From the NCBI GenBank assembly GCA_018896525.1, contig JAHIMR010000054.1:1-34968 (forward strand): a DNA stretch of 34,968 nt, in the 5' to 3' direction. Shown here piece after piece: positions 25,320-33,102 of the stretch. This stretch comes from Actinomycetota bacterium (GTDB lineage: Bacteria > Actinomycetota > Geothermincolia > Fen-727 > Anoxymicrobiaceae). Both the position numbers and the translations under genes were made by a program. How positions within the stretch are numbered: the stretch's first letter is position 1; each line of letters opens with the position of its first letter. Below the pieces are notes generated by a model, which searched no databases, had not been told where the DNA came from, and saw nothing but the letters and a program-made list of their open reading frames with translations.

Positions 25320-25495
25320 CCATTACAACGGCACTTGCGTTCCGAGGGTGTAGTCCTTGAAGGCATTAAGGAACGAACAGGTCATATGAAGGAACGAACG
25401 TACCGTGACGGGGAACGAATGACCTCATGGGGTGATAAGAATTCATCCCCCAATCGGGGGATGAATCCACTCTTTTCCTTGTTTTCCCCCTTCTT
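25320..25495 (-). promoter_or_regulatory. Conserved cassette leader, copy 2. It has GGAACGAA x3 at 25370, 25391 and 25412 (21-bp period) and the 12-bp-stem palindrome GAATTCATCCCCC-AATC-GGGGGATGAATCC (25439-25468) with flanking T/U-rich runs.
   Basis: Seen directly in the sequence. It aligns with 22995..23170. It lies 130-300 bp upstream of the small secreted gene start at 25191. Confidence 0.5.
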
Positions 25496-25520
25496 GAGCG
25501 CGGGCGTCGGCCCGCGTCCG

Positions 25521-25588
25521 GGGAACGGTTGCCGGCGGGATGCCGGCGCTACGGAAAACGGGGAATGCCGGCAAGGTGCCGGCGCTAC
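25521..25588. repeat. Two tandem REP-like units, 8 bp from the stop of the 1643-aa gene
   Basis: The units are GGGAACGGTTGCCGGCGGGATGCCGGCGCTAC and GGAAAACGGGGAATGCCGGCAAGGTGCCGGCGCTAC. They sit in the same position relative to the gene 3' end as the 6-unit array at 812-1024. Confidence 0.8.
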
Positions 25589-25596
25589 AAGGGGAG

Positions 25597-28500
25597 CTAT
25601 TCCCCGTATCCACCGATGGTGCAGGTTCCCGCTCCCCGGTCGTTCCAGTACATGGCCCGCTCGGCCATTATCTTCGCTCCAGCGGTCTTGCAGGTAACCA
25701 CTATAGCGGCCTGGCCGTCGGGAATCTCGTCCGCCATGTTGAAGGTGGCACGGGAACCGGCGGCAACCGTGGCGGTGAAGGTGGCGTTATTGGTGCCGTC
25801 GGGTGTCAGGTAGGTTACCTCCACCTCCACGGCGGTATCGTTGGGGTTGGCCACCAGGGTGTACGTCTCGTGCCCGTCAGCGGTCTTCCCGTCGGGCAGG
25901 TAGAACGTGGTGTGGGGCCCGGCCAGGCCCACGGTGTCGTGGGACGCCTCTCCCAGGGGTGTGTCGGCTCCCCAGTACATTGCCCTCTCGGCGACTATCG
26001 GTTTGTCGGCGCTCACGGCAATGGAGAAGTCGGTGTCGGGGAGTACGTCGTTGACCCTTATGGTCTCCCTGGAGTCCGGTGGCATTTTGAACGGGGGCTG
26101 GGGCACCGGTCCCCCGCCGGTCATGTAGGTGACGGTCACCCGCGCCTCGCTGTCGCCCGGGTTCTGTACCAACAGGTAGGTCTCAAAGCCGTGGGCGCAT
26201 GTGCCCTCGGCCAGATAGTAGTCGGTCTCGGGGGTGGTCGCCCCGATTGAGTCGTGGCCCTCCCGCCTGCTGTTCCGGTACATGCTCCTCTCGGGGATTA
26301 CGGGCAAGTCGGAGTCCACCTTGATGGAGGCGTTCCTCTGCCCGATGTCATCCGCCATGTTGTAGGTGGCCCGGGAGTTGGCCGGTATCTTCTTCTCGAA
26401 CGTCTTCGACTCGGCCGCGCCGGTGGCGTCCTCCCCTGTCATGTAAGTGACCTGGCAGGTCGCATCGGTGTCGTTGGGGTTCTGTACGAGCAGCCAGGTC
26501 TCGAAGCCGTAAGCGCTGCACCCCTCGGGGAGGTACCAGGTCTCCGCGGGGGCGTTCACCCCTATCGAGCAGTGGCCGTCAGGGGAGAGTGCTCCCTGGC
26601 CGGTCCACCACATGGTGCGGTCCACCGCTATCGCCTTTCCCTCGGCGCAGACGACCCGGCATGAGAAGTCGGTCTCGAACGGTAGGTCGTTCGCCGGGGC
26701 TACGGACGTCTGGGAGAGGGCGGGCAGCAGGAGCGGGTCCCTCTGTACCGGGCCGTCGGGGGTCATGTAGGTGACGTCTGCGGTAACGTCCTCGTCGTTG
26801 GGGTTCATCAGTGTTATGTAGGTGTTGAAGCCCCAGGCGGTGGTGCCCTCGGCCAGGTACCAGCGCGAGAGTTCGGATGGTTCTTCTCCCGGAAGAGCTA
26901 CCACGAACCGGGACAAGCCCCCCACTTCCGCTGTCAACCTGTCGGCCTCGGTGTCCCTGCTCTTTGTGCGATCGACCCAGCTTCCGCTCTCTTCATGGAG
27001 TATCACCAGTCGGGATTCCTCTTCCGGTGATAAGCCGGAATCAGGGTAGGACAGGGTGACCCTGACGTTTCCACTGTATGTCGCGGTGGTCGAGACGTCC
27101 CGGCAGGTTCCCCGGACCACCAGGTAGCCGCCTGTCCCGGGGTCCGGCTTCTCGTCCGAGGTGGTGATTCCCGCGGAGGTAACCCGGTCAAACTCGACCG
27201 TTGTGGCTGAATCGGGGTTTACCTTGACGCCGGTTCCCTCGGGGGTGTTTACAACGGCGAAACCACCGGCAAGGGCGCGGGGCGTTTCGTTCCCGGATAC
27301 CAGGTTCACATCCCGTCCCCCCAGGGACGCGTTTGGCGAGATGGTGATGTTAGCGGTTGCTTTGTCAGGTTGGATATCTTTTATGTAGTTGACCGCTATC
27401 CCCTCTCCGAAGCCGGCCTGGCCCGAGAGGTCGAAGTGGGTTTCATTTCCTTCAATGATGACATCCCCGGTCCAGCCGGGCAGGCCGTACGAGGCTTCAG
27501 TGCCGGTAATAGCCGGGTCGGGGCCCACCATGAAGCCACCCGCCAGGGGGACTGCCTCCTCGGCACCGGTCACCACGCTGATGTCCCGCGGCCCCCGGGC
27601 GGCATAGGGATCGATGGTGATCTGGACACGGAGTTTGGTGTAGTCAAAAATCTGGAGGCTGCCCGGGACAACGGCAATACCTTCCCCGAAATCGACAACG
27701 CTGGAACCGTTGAAGTGTGTATACGCTCCAACCACCTCCACCGTCATGGTCTGGCCGGGATTTCCCCAGGTAGGATAACAACGCTTGATGAACGGCGGGT
27801 CGCAGTACAGGATCGTGCCGCCGTCTCCAACCGCCCAGATGTTGCTGGTGTCGAAGCCGTCGACGCCGTTGAGTTGCACCGTTACCGGACTCTCCTGGGG
27901 GGCCCATGCAGAGCCGTTGTAGAAGAGTATGGTGCCGCCGTCGCCCACAGCCCAGACGTGGGTGCCGTCCACGGCGGACACGCCGCGCAGGGTGACGGTT
28001 GTTCCGCTCGCCTGGGGGGTCCAGTTGGTCCCCCCGTCGGAGGTGTACAGGATGGTGCCGCTGGCCCCCACCGCCCATACTATGGAGGTTGAGAGGGCCC
28101 GGACCCCGTGGAGGTTGGCGGTGGTGCCGCTGGTCTGGCTGCCCCAGGCAACGCCGTCCGTCGTCCTATATATCCTGCCCTCGTTGCCCACCGCCCAGAC
28201 GTAGAGGGTGGAGGCGGCGGAGACCGCGTTCAGGGGCCTGTCGGTGATGTCGTCGTACTGTTTAGACCAGGTACCAGCAGGAGGAGGGGTTTTCCAGAGC
28301 CAGATGTTTCCTATCGAGGTGACATCCCAGATACGGTTGGTCGCCGGGGCCGTCACCCCGGTGTTGGATTCGCCGGCGGAGGTCGCCTTGAGGGCCCACG
28401 TGCTTCCGTTGAAGTAGAGGTCCTCGCCCCTCGACAGGGACGGGTTCCACCCCACCGCCCAGGCGAAGGTCGTGTTGACGGCGGAGACGGCGTTCAGGTT

Positions 28501-30459
28501 GACGGCGGTGGGGCAGGACTGTGGTGTCCACGTCTCGCCGCCGCTGGACGTGTACTGTATGGCGCTGTTGTCGCCCACCGCCCAGACCACGTCCGTGCTC
28601 AAGGCGTCCACGCCCCGGAGGTTCTCGGTGGTCCCGCCGGAGAGCGCGGACCAGGCAGAGCCGCCGTTGAAGAGGGCGGTGCCGGCGTCCCCCACCGCCC
28701 AGGCGCTGTTCGCGTCAAAGGCGGAGACGCCGCGCAGGGCCACGGCCGTGCCGCTGGCCTGCGGTCCCCAGCTCGTGCCGTTGTAGTGGCGTATGGTGCC
28801 GTTCGCCCCAACCGCCCATACACAGTTGGCGGCGGCCGCGCTCACGGCGTTCAGGTTCACAGCGGTCCCGCCGTCCTGCACGCTCCAGGAGGTTCCGTCG
28901 AAGAACAGGACGGTGCCGGTGTCTCCCACCGCCCAGACGTGGGTGCTGTCCACGGCGGACACGCCGCGCAGGGTCACGGCCGTTACGCTCGCCTGGGAGG
29001 CCCAGTTGGCCCCCCAGTCGGAGGTGTACAGGATGGTGCCGCCGGCCCCCACCGCCCAGGCGCTGCCGGTGGAGAGGGCGCTTACCCCGTAGAGGTTCTG
29101 CGCGGTGCCGCTCGCCTGGGTGCCCCAGTTGGTGCCGCCGTTGGCGGTGTAGCGTATCATTCCGGTCGCCCCCACCGCCCACACGTGGCTGGTATCCAGC
29201 GCGACGATATCGTAGAGCGGGTAGTCTATGTTCAACTGGGTGGTCCAGCTAACGCCGTCCCACTTGTATATCCACCCGTCCTCGTCCACAATCCACACGC
29301 TGTTGCTGGCCGCGGCAGCGACGCTGACTATCGAGTAGCCTGTCAGGGTCGCGCGCAACGACCACGAACCGCCATAATACCGCAAGACCTCCCCTCGCGT
29401 CAGTGCCGCGTTCCAGCCGACCGCCCAGGCCTCGTCCGCGCTTACCGAGTCCACGTCCAGGATGTTGGCGGTGGTGCCGCTGGCCTGTTCGGTCCATCCC
29501 CCTCCGCGGGAGAAGAGGAACTTTTCCGAGCCCACGGAGTAGACATGGGTGGAATCCAGGGCACAGACATCGTATAAGTCCTGGGTGGTGCCGGAGGGCT
29601 GTTCGGTCCAGGACACGCCGTTATAGTAACTGATCTTTCCGTCCCATCCCGATACCCAGACATTGCTGTTGCTCAGGGCGGAGATGTTTACGGGCCAGTA
29701 ATCATAAAGTCCGGTACTTTCCCAGGTCACTCCTTTGTTGCTGGACTTGAGAACCTCGCCCCACCAGGTTATGGACCAGATGTCATTAGCGCTGCAGGCC
29801 GAGACCATGTAAGGGTCGTGGTCATCGGGACCTCCACCCGGATTTACCACCTGCCAGCTGGTACCGTTGTAGTAGTGGGTCTCACAGTCCACGGCCCAGA
29901 CGTTGTTCGCGTCATAACCGGAGATATCCACCAGCCCGCCGGAAGGGTAGGTGTACTGAACGCTCCAGGAAGTACCGTTATAGGCGAGGATCGTCGCGTT
30001 CGTAAAACCGTTGGAGTCACACACGGCCCAGACGTACGGGGTTCCAGGGGCCAATTGCGGGGTGGCCCAGACCGCCTCCAGGTCATATGCGGTGACGCCT
30101 ATTCCCTGCTTGCTCCAGCTGGTTCCGTTGTAGTACAGGATGGTGCCGGCCTCGCCAACCGCCCACACGTTAGTCGCGTCAAGGGCGTGGACGCCATTCA
30201 GGTTATAGGTTGAGCTGCTGTACTGCCGCCCGAGAGTGGTTCCGTTGTAGAAAAGAATAGCTCCACCAGCCCCTACGGCCCAAACATGTGTTGAGTCGGC
30301 CGCGGACACGCTGCCACTGTACTGTCCTTCGGGAAGGGGGTTCTGCTTTATCCAGGTGTAGTCGTCCCCGGCAAGGCATTCCGCGCTCATCGAGAATATA
30401 AGCGCGATGGTGATTATCGCTGCCAGGACCACAAGGCCCCTTCGATGCGCACCCATCAT
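25597..30459 (-). CDS. Giant secreted surface protein: about 21 BNR/Ycf48-like beta-propeller blades (probably three 7-bladed propellers), Ig-like/IPT domains, and 4-5 C-terminal repeats of the shared module
   Basis: The signal peptide is MMGAHRRGLVVLAAIITIALIFSMSAECLAG. A GGGAGAG RBS lies 7 nt before the ATG-ATG at 30459. The longer ORF extends to 30528. The blades read ...VWAVG..GTILYTSDGGTNW..Q.SGT...L.GVSA.D..... The C-terminal repeats (WYLAEGTTAWGFNTYITLMNPN...) are about 75-80% nt-identical to the 3' end of the subtilase gene. The protein ends ...ERAMYWNDRGAGTCTIGGYGE. Confidence 0.85.
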   Translation of the reverse strand: MMGAHRRGLVVLAAIITIALIFSMSAECLAGDDYTWIKQNPLPEGQYSGSVSAADSTHVWAVGAGGAILFYNGTTLGRQYSSSTYNLNGVHALDATNVWAVGEAGTILYYNGTSWSKQGIGVTAYDLEAVWATPQLAPGTPYVWAVCDSNGFTNATILAYNGTSWSVQYTYPSGGLVDISGYDANNVWAVDCETHYYNGTSWQVVNPGGGPDDHDPYMVSACSANDIWSITWWGEVLKSSNKGVTWESTGLYDYWPVNISALSNSNVWVSGWDGKISYYNGVSWTEQPSGTTQDLYDVCALDSTHVYSVGSEKFLFSRGGGWTEQASGTTANILDVDSVSADEAWAVGWNAALTRGEVLRYYGGSWSLRATLTGYSIVSVAAAASNSVWIVDEDGWIYKWDGVSWTTQLNIDYPLYDIVALDTSHVWAVGATGMIRYTANGGTNWGTQASGTAQNLYGVSALSTGSAWAVGAGGTILYTSDWGANWASQASVTAVTLRGVSAVDSTHVWAVGDTGTVLFFDGTSWSVQDGGTAVNLNAVSAAAANCVWAVGANGTIRHYNGTSWGPQASGTAVALRGVSAFDANSAWAVGDAGTALFNGGSAWSALSGGTTENLRGVDALSTDVVWAVGDNSAIQYTSSGGETWTPQSCPTAVNLNAVSAVNTTFAWAVGWNPSLSRGEDLYFNGSTWALKATSAGESNTGVTAPATNRIWDVTSIGNIWLWKTPPPAGTWSKQYDDITDRPLNAVSAASTLYVWAVGNEGRIYRTTDGVAWGSQTSGTTANLHGVRALSTSIVWAVGASGTILYTSDGGTNWTPQASGTTVTLRGVSAVDGTHVWAVGDGGTILFYNGSAWAPQESPVTVQLNGVDGFDTSNIWAVGDGGTILYCDPPFIKRCYPTWGNPGQTMTVEVVGAYTHFNGSSVVDFGEGIAVVPGSLQIFDYTKLRVQITIDPYAARGPRDISVVTGAEEAVPLAGGFMVGPDPAITGTEASYGLPGWTGDVIIEGNETHFDLSGQAGFGEGIAVNYIKDIQPDKATANITISPNASLGGRDVNLVSGNETPRALAGGFAVVNTPEGTGVKVNPDSATTVEFDRVTSAGITTSDEKPDPGTGGYLVVRGTCRDVSTTATYSGNVRVTLSYPDSGLSPEEESRLVILHEESGSWVDRTKSRDTEADRLTAEVGGLSRFVVALPGEEPSELSRWYLAEGTTAWGFNTYITLMNPNDEDVTADVTYMTPDGPVQRDPLLLPALSQTSVAPANDLPFETDFSCRVVCAEGKAIAVDRTMWWTGQGALSPDGHCSIGVNAPAETWYLPEGCSAYGFETWLLVQNPNDTDATCQVTYMTGEDATGAAESKTFEKKIPANSRATYNMADDIGQRNASIKVDSDLPVIPERSMYRNSRREGHDSIGATTPETDYYLAEGTCAHGFETYLLVQNPGDSEARVTVTYMTGGGPVPQPPFKMPPDSRETIRVNDVLPDTDFSIAVSADKPIVAERAMYWGADTPLGEASHDTVGLAGPHTTFYLPDGKTADGHETYTLVANPNDTAVEVEVTYLTPDGTNNATFTATVAAGSRATFNMADEIPDGQAAIVVTCKTAGAKIMAERAMYWNDRGAGTCTIGGYGE

Positions 30460-30639
30460 GCCAACTCTCCCTGCCCCCGGCATGGGGGCTTGCCTCCCTG
30501 CCCCGTTCAAAGGCGCCACCCAGACCATTCGTTGCTTCTATTATAGACTATATCGGTTGCTTCCGCTGTTATCTGTAACCTATAACGGCCGTGGGCCCTT
30601 TGCGGATACCCCCCGGCGAGTCTCCCACCCCATAGCACC

Positions 30640-30790
30640 GGACCCTTCGGCTCTCTTTCCCGTGGGACCACGGGGCCGGACAGCGACGCCGACCTGCTGG
30701 TGATCATGAACTTCAATGGCTCCCGCGGAGAGAAAACCACCGAGATCGGTGTTGCGCCGGCGGCTAAATTCCTAAGTGCCCATACCATGG
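30640..30790 (+). pseudogene. Decayed fragment of a minimal nucleotidyltransferase (MNT) gene
   Basis: It translates to ...GPDSDADLLVIMNFNGSRGEKTTEIGVAPAAKF... The intact neighbour reads GPDSDADLLVVMNVKGSRREKATEIDVAL. The upstream LFPVGPRG is in a different frame from the GSHARG motif, and no start is present. Confidence 0.5.
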
Positions 30791-30983
30791 ATTGGCAAGG
30801 TCCTGGCGAGGGAGGGCGCCCAGTCCGTCTCCGTTTGGAAACGTGCCTCGCCAAACACGCCGTCGGCGTTGTATCCTATGGATGCGAGATGAAGTTGCTC
30901 CCGTGGGATTGTCGTGGGAACTGGAGGTGCCTGTGGCTGATTCACCAGGTAGTACGATAACCGCCCAGGAGAAGATAGAAGAG

Positions 30984-31277
30984 ATGGTGCGTCGTATCGT
31001 CGGTCAGTTCGACCCGGAGAGTATCATCCTCTTCGGCTCTCATGCCCGGGGGACCGCTGGGCCTGACAGCGACGCGGATTTGCTGGTCGTAATGAACGTC
31101 AAGGGCTCCCGCAGGGAGAAAGCCACCGAGATCGATGTTGCGCTGGTGGGAGTAGGCCTTCCCAAAGACCTTATCGTTGTTACGCCAGACGATGTTGAGA
31201 GGAGCCAGGACCGGGTAGGGACTATCATACACGCGGCTCTGCAGGAGGGAACGGTGCTCTATGAGCGGAGAGCCTGA
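30984..31277 (+). CDS. Minimal nucleotidyltransferase (MNT), the antitoxin of a HEPN/MNT module
   Basis: It contains ESIILFGSHARGTAGPDSDADLLVV, the GS...D.D motif of the Pol-beta NTase fold. It overlaps the downstream HEPN gene by 17 nt. The start is the ATG at 30984, with an AGGAG RBS upstream. The ORF extends to 30792. Confidence 0.8.
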   Translation: MVRRIVGQFDPESIILFGSHARGTAGPDSDADLLVVMNVKGSRREKATEIDVALVGVGLPKDLIVVTPDDVERSQDRVGTIIHAALQEGTVLYERRA

Positions 31278-31677
31278 GAGCACCCATACTGTTGTGCAAT
31301 GGATCGAGAAAGCGGAAAATGACCTCAGAAACGCTGAGTATACACTCACGCTCCAGGACAACTGCCCGTTCGACACGATCTGCTTTCACGCGCAGCAATG
31401 CGCCGAGAAGTATCTGAAAGGGCTTCTCTTCTTTCTTTCAATTTCTTTCCCAAAAACACATGACCTCGAAGCGTTGACAAGCCTGGTGCCAGACGATATC
31501 TCACTTGGGTTGGACATGGGCGCCGTCTTGTCTTTGAACCGCTATACGATCGAGGCGCGCTACCCGGGTGACTGGGAGCCAATTGCGAGAACTGAAGCCG
31601 AGAATGCCGTCGACGTCGCCCGGAGGGTCCGTGAGGCGGTCAGGAACAACCTCCCGGATGAGATAACAGGCCGGTAG
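31261..31677 (+). CDS. HEPN-domain protein, the toxin partner of the MNT
   Basis: It is 138 aa. It has a HEPN-like helical bundle with the ...IEARYPGDW... motif region. Its N-terminus is WIEKAENDLRNAEYTL. It is coupled translationally to the MNT gene. Confidence 0.8.
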   Translation: MSGEPESTHTVVQWIEKAENDLRNAEYTLTLQDNCPFDTICFHAQQCAEKYLKGLLFFLSISFPKTHDLEALTSLVPDDISLGLDMGAVLSLNRYTIEARYPGDWEPIARTEAENAVDVARRVREAVRNNLPDEITGR

Positions 31678-31875
31678 TTTCCTTCGTCTCGCTGGTTCCT
31701 TCAGAGCGTGGATTCCCTCGCTTTTTCTATTGACTTGCCTGCTCTGCTTGTGTTACTATCTGCTTGTATTGCTATCCTCTCCTCCTCTCCAGAAGGCTGG
31801 TGGGTCATCCCCGACGCTTTCGTCCGTCCCCCGGTGGGGATGGGAACCGGGACTGTTCCCCGGGAGTGCCGGTTT

Positions 31876-31898
31876 GTAGCGCCGGCAACTTGCCGGCA
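31876..31898. repeat. REP-like element in inverted orientation (GTAGCGCCGGCAACTTGCCGGCA)
   Basis: It is the reverse complement of the consensus TGCCGGCAAGTTGCCGGCGCTAC. It lies about 60 bp upstream of the Flp pilin gene. Confidence 0.7.
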
Positions 31899-31955
31899 AT
31901 CAACGTGGCCGACAAGCCGCCCGGAAGGCGGCGCGAAGAGAAAGGAGACCGGCAG

Positions 31956-32132
31956 ATGGAAGAGATAAAGCGGCTGATTCGTGAGGAGGAGGCCCAGACC
32001 ACCGCCGAGTACGCGCTGGTGATACTGGGGGCGTCGGCGGTAGCCGGAGCGCTCATCGCCTGGGCGGCGGGCGGAGAAGCGATAAAGGGCTTCTTCACCA
32101 AGATCTTCGACAAGCTCACCAGCGGCCTGTAG
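31956..32132 (+). CDS. flp: Flp/Fap-family type IVb pilin (Tad pilus major subunit)
   Basis: The 58-aa product is MEEIKRLIREEEAQTTAEYALVILGASAVAGALIAWAAGG... The G/Q-TT-EY prepilin processing motif is followed by a hydrophobic helix. An AAAGGAG RBS lies 8 nt upstream. The 122-aa ORF in the track is a 5' extension. Confidence 0.8.
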   Translation: MEEIKRLIREEEAQTTAEYALVILGASAVAGALIAWAAGGEAIKGFFTKIFDKLTSGL

Positions 32133-32140
32133 GAGATGCC

Positions 32141-32668
32141 TTGTACGGGGTAGTGTCGCTGGTCATACTGGTCGCGTTCTGCCTGGCGGCGATGTACGTC
32201 GACGTGCGCCGGGGCAGGATCCCCAACCTCTTGAACGCCACCGGCTTCATGGCGGGAGTCCTGCTGGCCTGCATCACCGATGGCACGAAGGGCCTGGCGG
32301 GAAGCCTTTCCGGGTCGCTTCTGGGGCTGTCGATCCTGCTCCCGCCGTTCCTTCTTCACATGGTGGGCGGTGGCGACGTCAAGTTCCTTGCCGCGTCGGG
32401 AGCGATCGTCGGGTGGCACGTGCTGTGGGTTTCCTTCCTTGCCGGGGCCACCCTTGGAGGGCTGACGGGGATTGCCCTGCTCGTCGCCCGCGACCGCTCT
32501 ATCGAGCGGCTCCTCGCGCGCTTCGTCCTGCTGAAGGCGGGGCTCCAGCGGAAGCAATCGATCGTGCCCCGTTCAATCGCCGGGACGTGCGCCCACACGC
32601 GGATGCCGTATGCGGTCCCCCTGTCCGCGGGGCTCATCGCCGTGTCCTCGATAACTCTATTGATGTAA
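32141..32668 (+). CDS. cpaA: Prepilin peptidase CpaA/TadV (A24 family)
   Basis: The 175-aa polytopic membrane protein has DVRRGRIPN and GGGDVKFLAA motifs, the two catalytic Asp regions of TadV/CpaA. It starts at TTG, and an AGGAG RBS lies 5 nt upstream. Confidence 0.75.
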   Translation: MYGVVSLVILVAFCLAAMYVDVRRGRIPNLLNATGFMAGVLLACITDGTKGLAGSLSGSLLGLSILLPPFLLHMVGGGDVKFLAASGAIVGWHVLWVSFLAGATLGGLTGIALLVARDRSIERLLARFVLLKAGLQRKQSIVPRSIAGTCAHTRMPYAVPLSAGLIAVSSITLLM

Positions 32669-32712
32669 GGGTGTTCGGTTTGAAGACGAAGCGGCGTCGG
32701 CACAGTAGGCGC

Positions 32713-33102
32713 ATGACGAGAGGTGGCTCGCCGGGCCAGGCAACGGTGGAATTCGCCCTGGTTCTGCCCACGCTCCTTATTGTGGTGGTAGCGGTCTGCC
32801 AGGTCGCCATTGCCCTGAACTGTTACCTGGTGGTCACCTCCTCCAGCCGCGAAGGCGCGCGGCGTGGTGCCGAGACCAACGACGTCGAGGAGGCCCGCGG
32901 GGCCGCGCTCGACGCATCCGCCGGCCTCCCCGGGGACCCACCCGGCGTTGATGTCGGCTTTCCCGAGGGGAGGTCCAAGGGCTCACCGGTGAAGGTTACA
33001 GTCACTTACCGTATGCCTCTTCTCCTGCCGGGGATCAGCCACCTCATAGGTGAGCCATCGTTTAGCGGCTCCACCTCCATGGCGCTGGAGAGGGATGATT
33101 GA
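32713..33102 (+). CDS. tadE: TadE-like pseudopilin
   Basis: It contains GQATVEFALVLPTLLIVVVAVCQVAIAL, the TadE N-terminal processing motif plus TM. In-frame alternative starts are a GTG at 32671 and a TTG at 32680. Confidence 0.7.
   Translation: MTRGGSPGQATVEFALVLPTLLIVVVAVCQVAIALNCYLVVTSSSREGARRGAETNDVEEARGAALDASAGLPGDPPGVDVGFPEGRSKGSPVKVTVTYRMPLLLPGISHLIGEPSFSGSTSMALERDD

Noticed and set aside
25335-25697. A 120-aa plus-strand ORF across leader copy 2 and the REP units
   Set aside because: It spans a conserved non-coding leader and the palindromic repeats. Its translation is repeat-driven (…GNGCRRDAGATENG…).
28108-29577. A 489-aa plus-strand ORF, with 12938..13729 (+), 2881..3762 (+), 5577..6509 (-), 17682..18527 (-) and 18540..19460 (-) as further examples
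   Set aside because: These are long antisense ORFs typical of high-GC DNA. Each lies fully inside a well-supported gene on the other strand and has no domain signatures.
31764-32132. A 122-aa ORF containing the Flp pilin
   Set aside because: Flp pilins are ~50-70 aa. The internal ATG at 31956 has an AAAGGAG RBS, and the upstream part encodes no recognisable leader.
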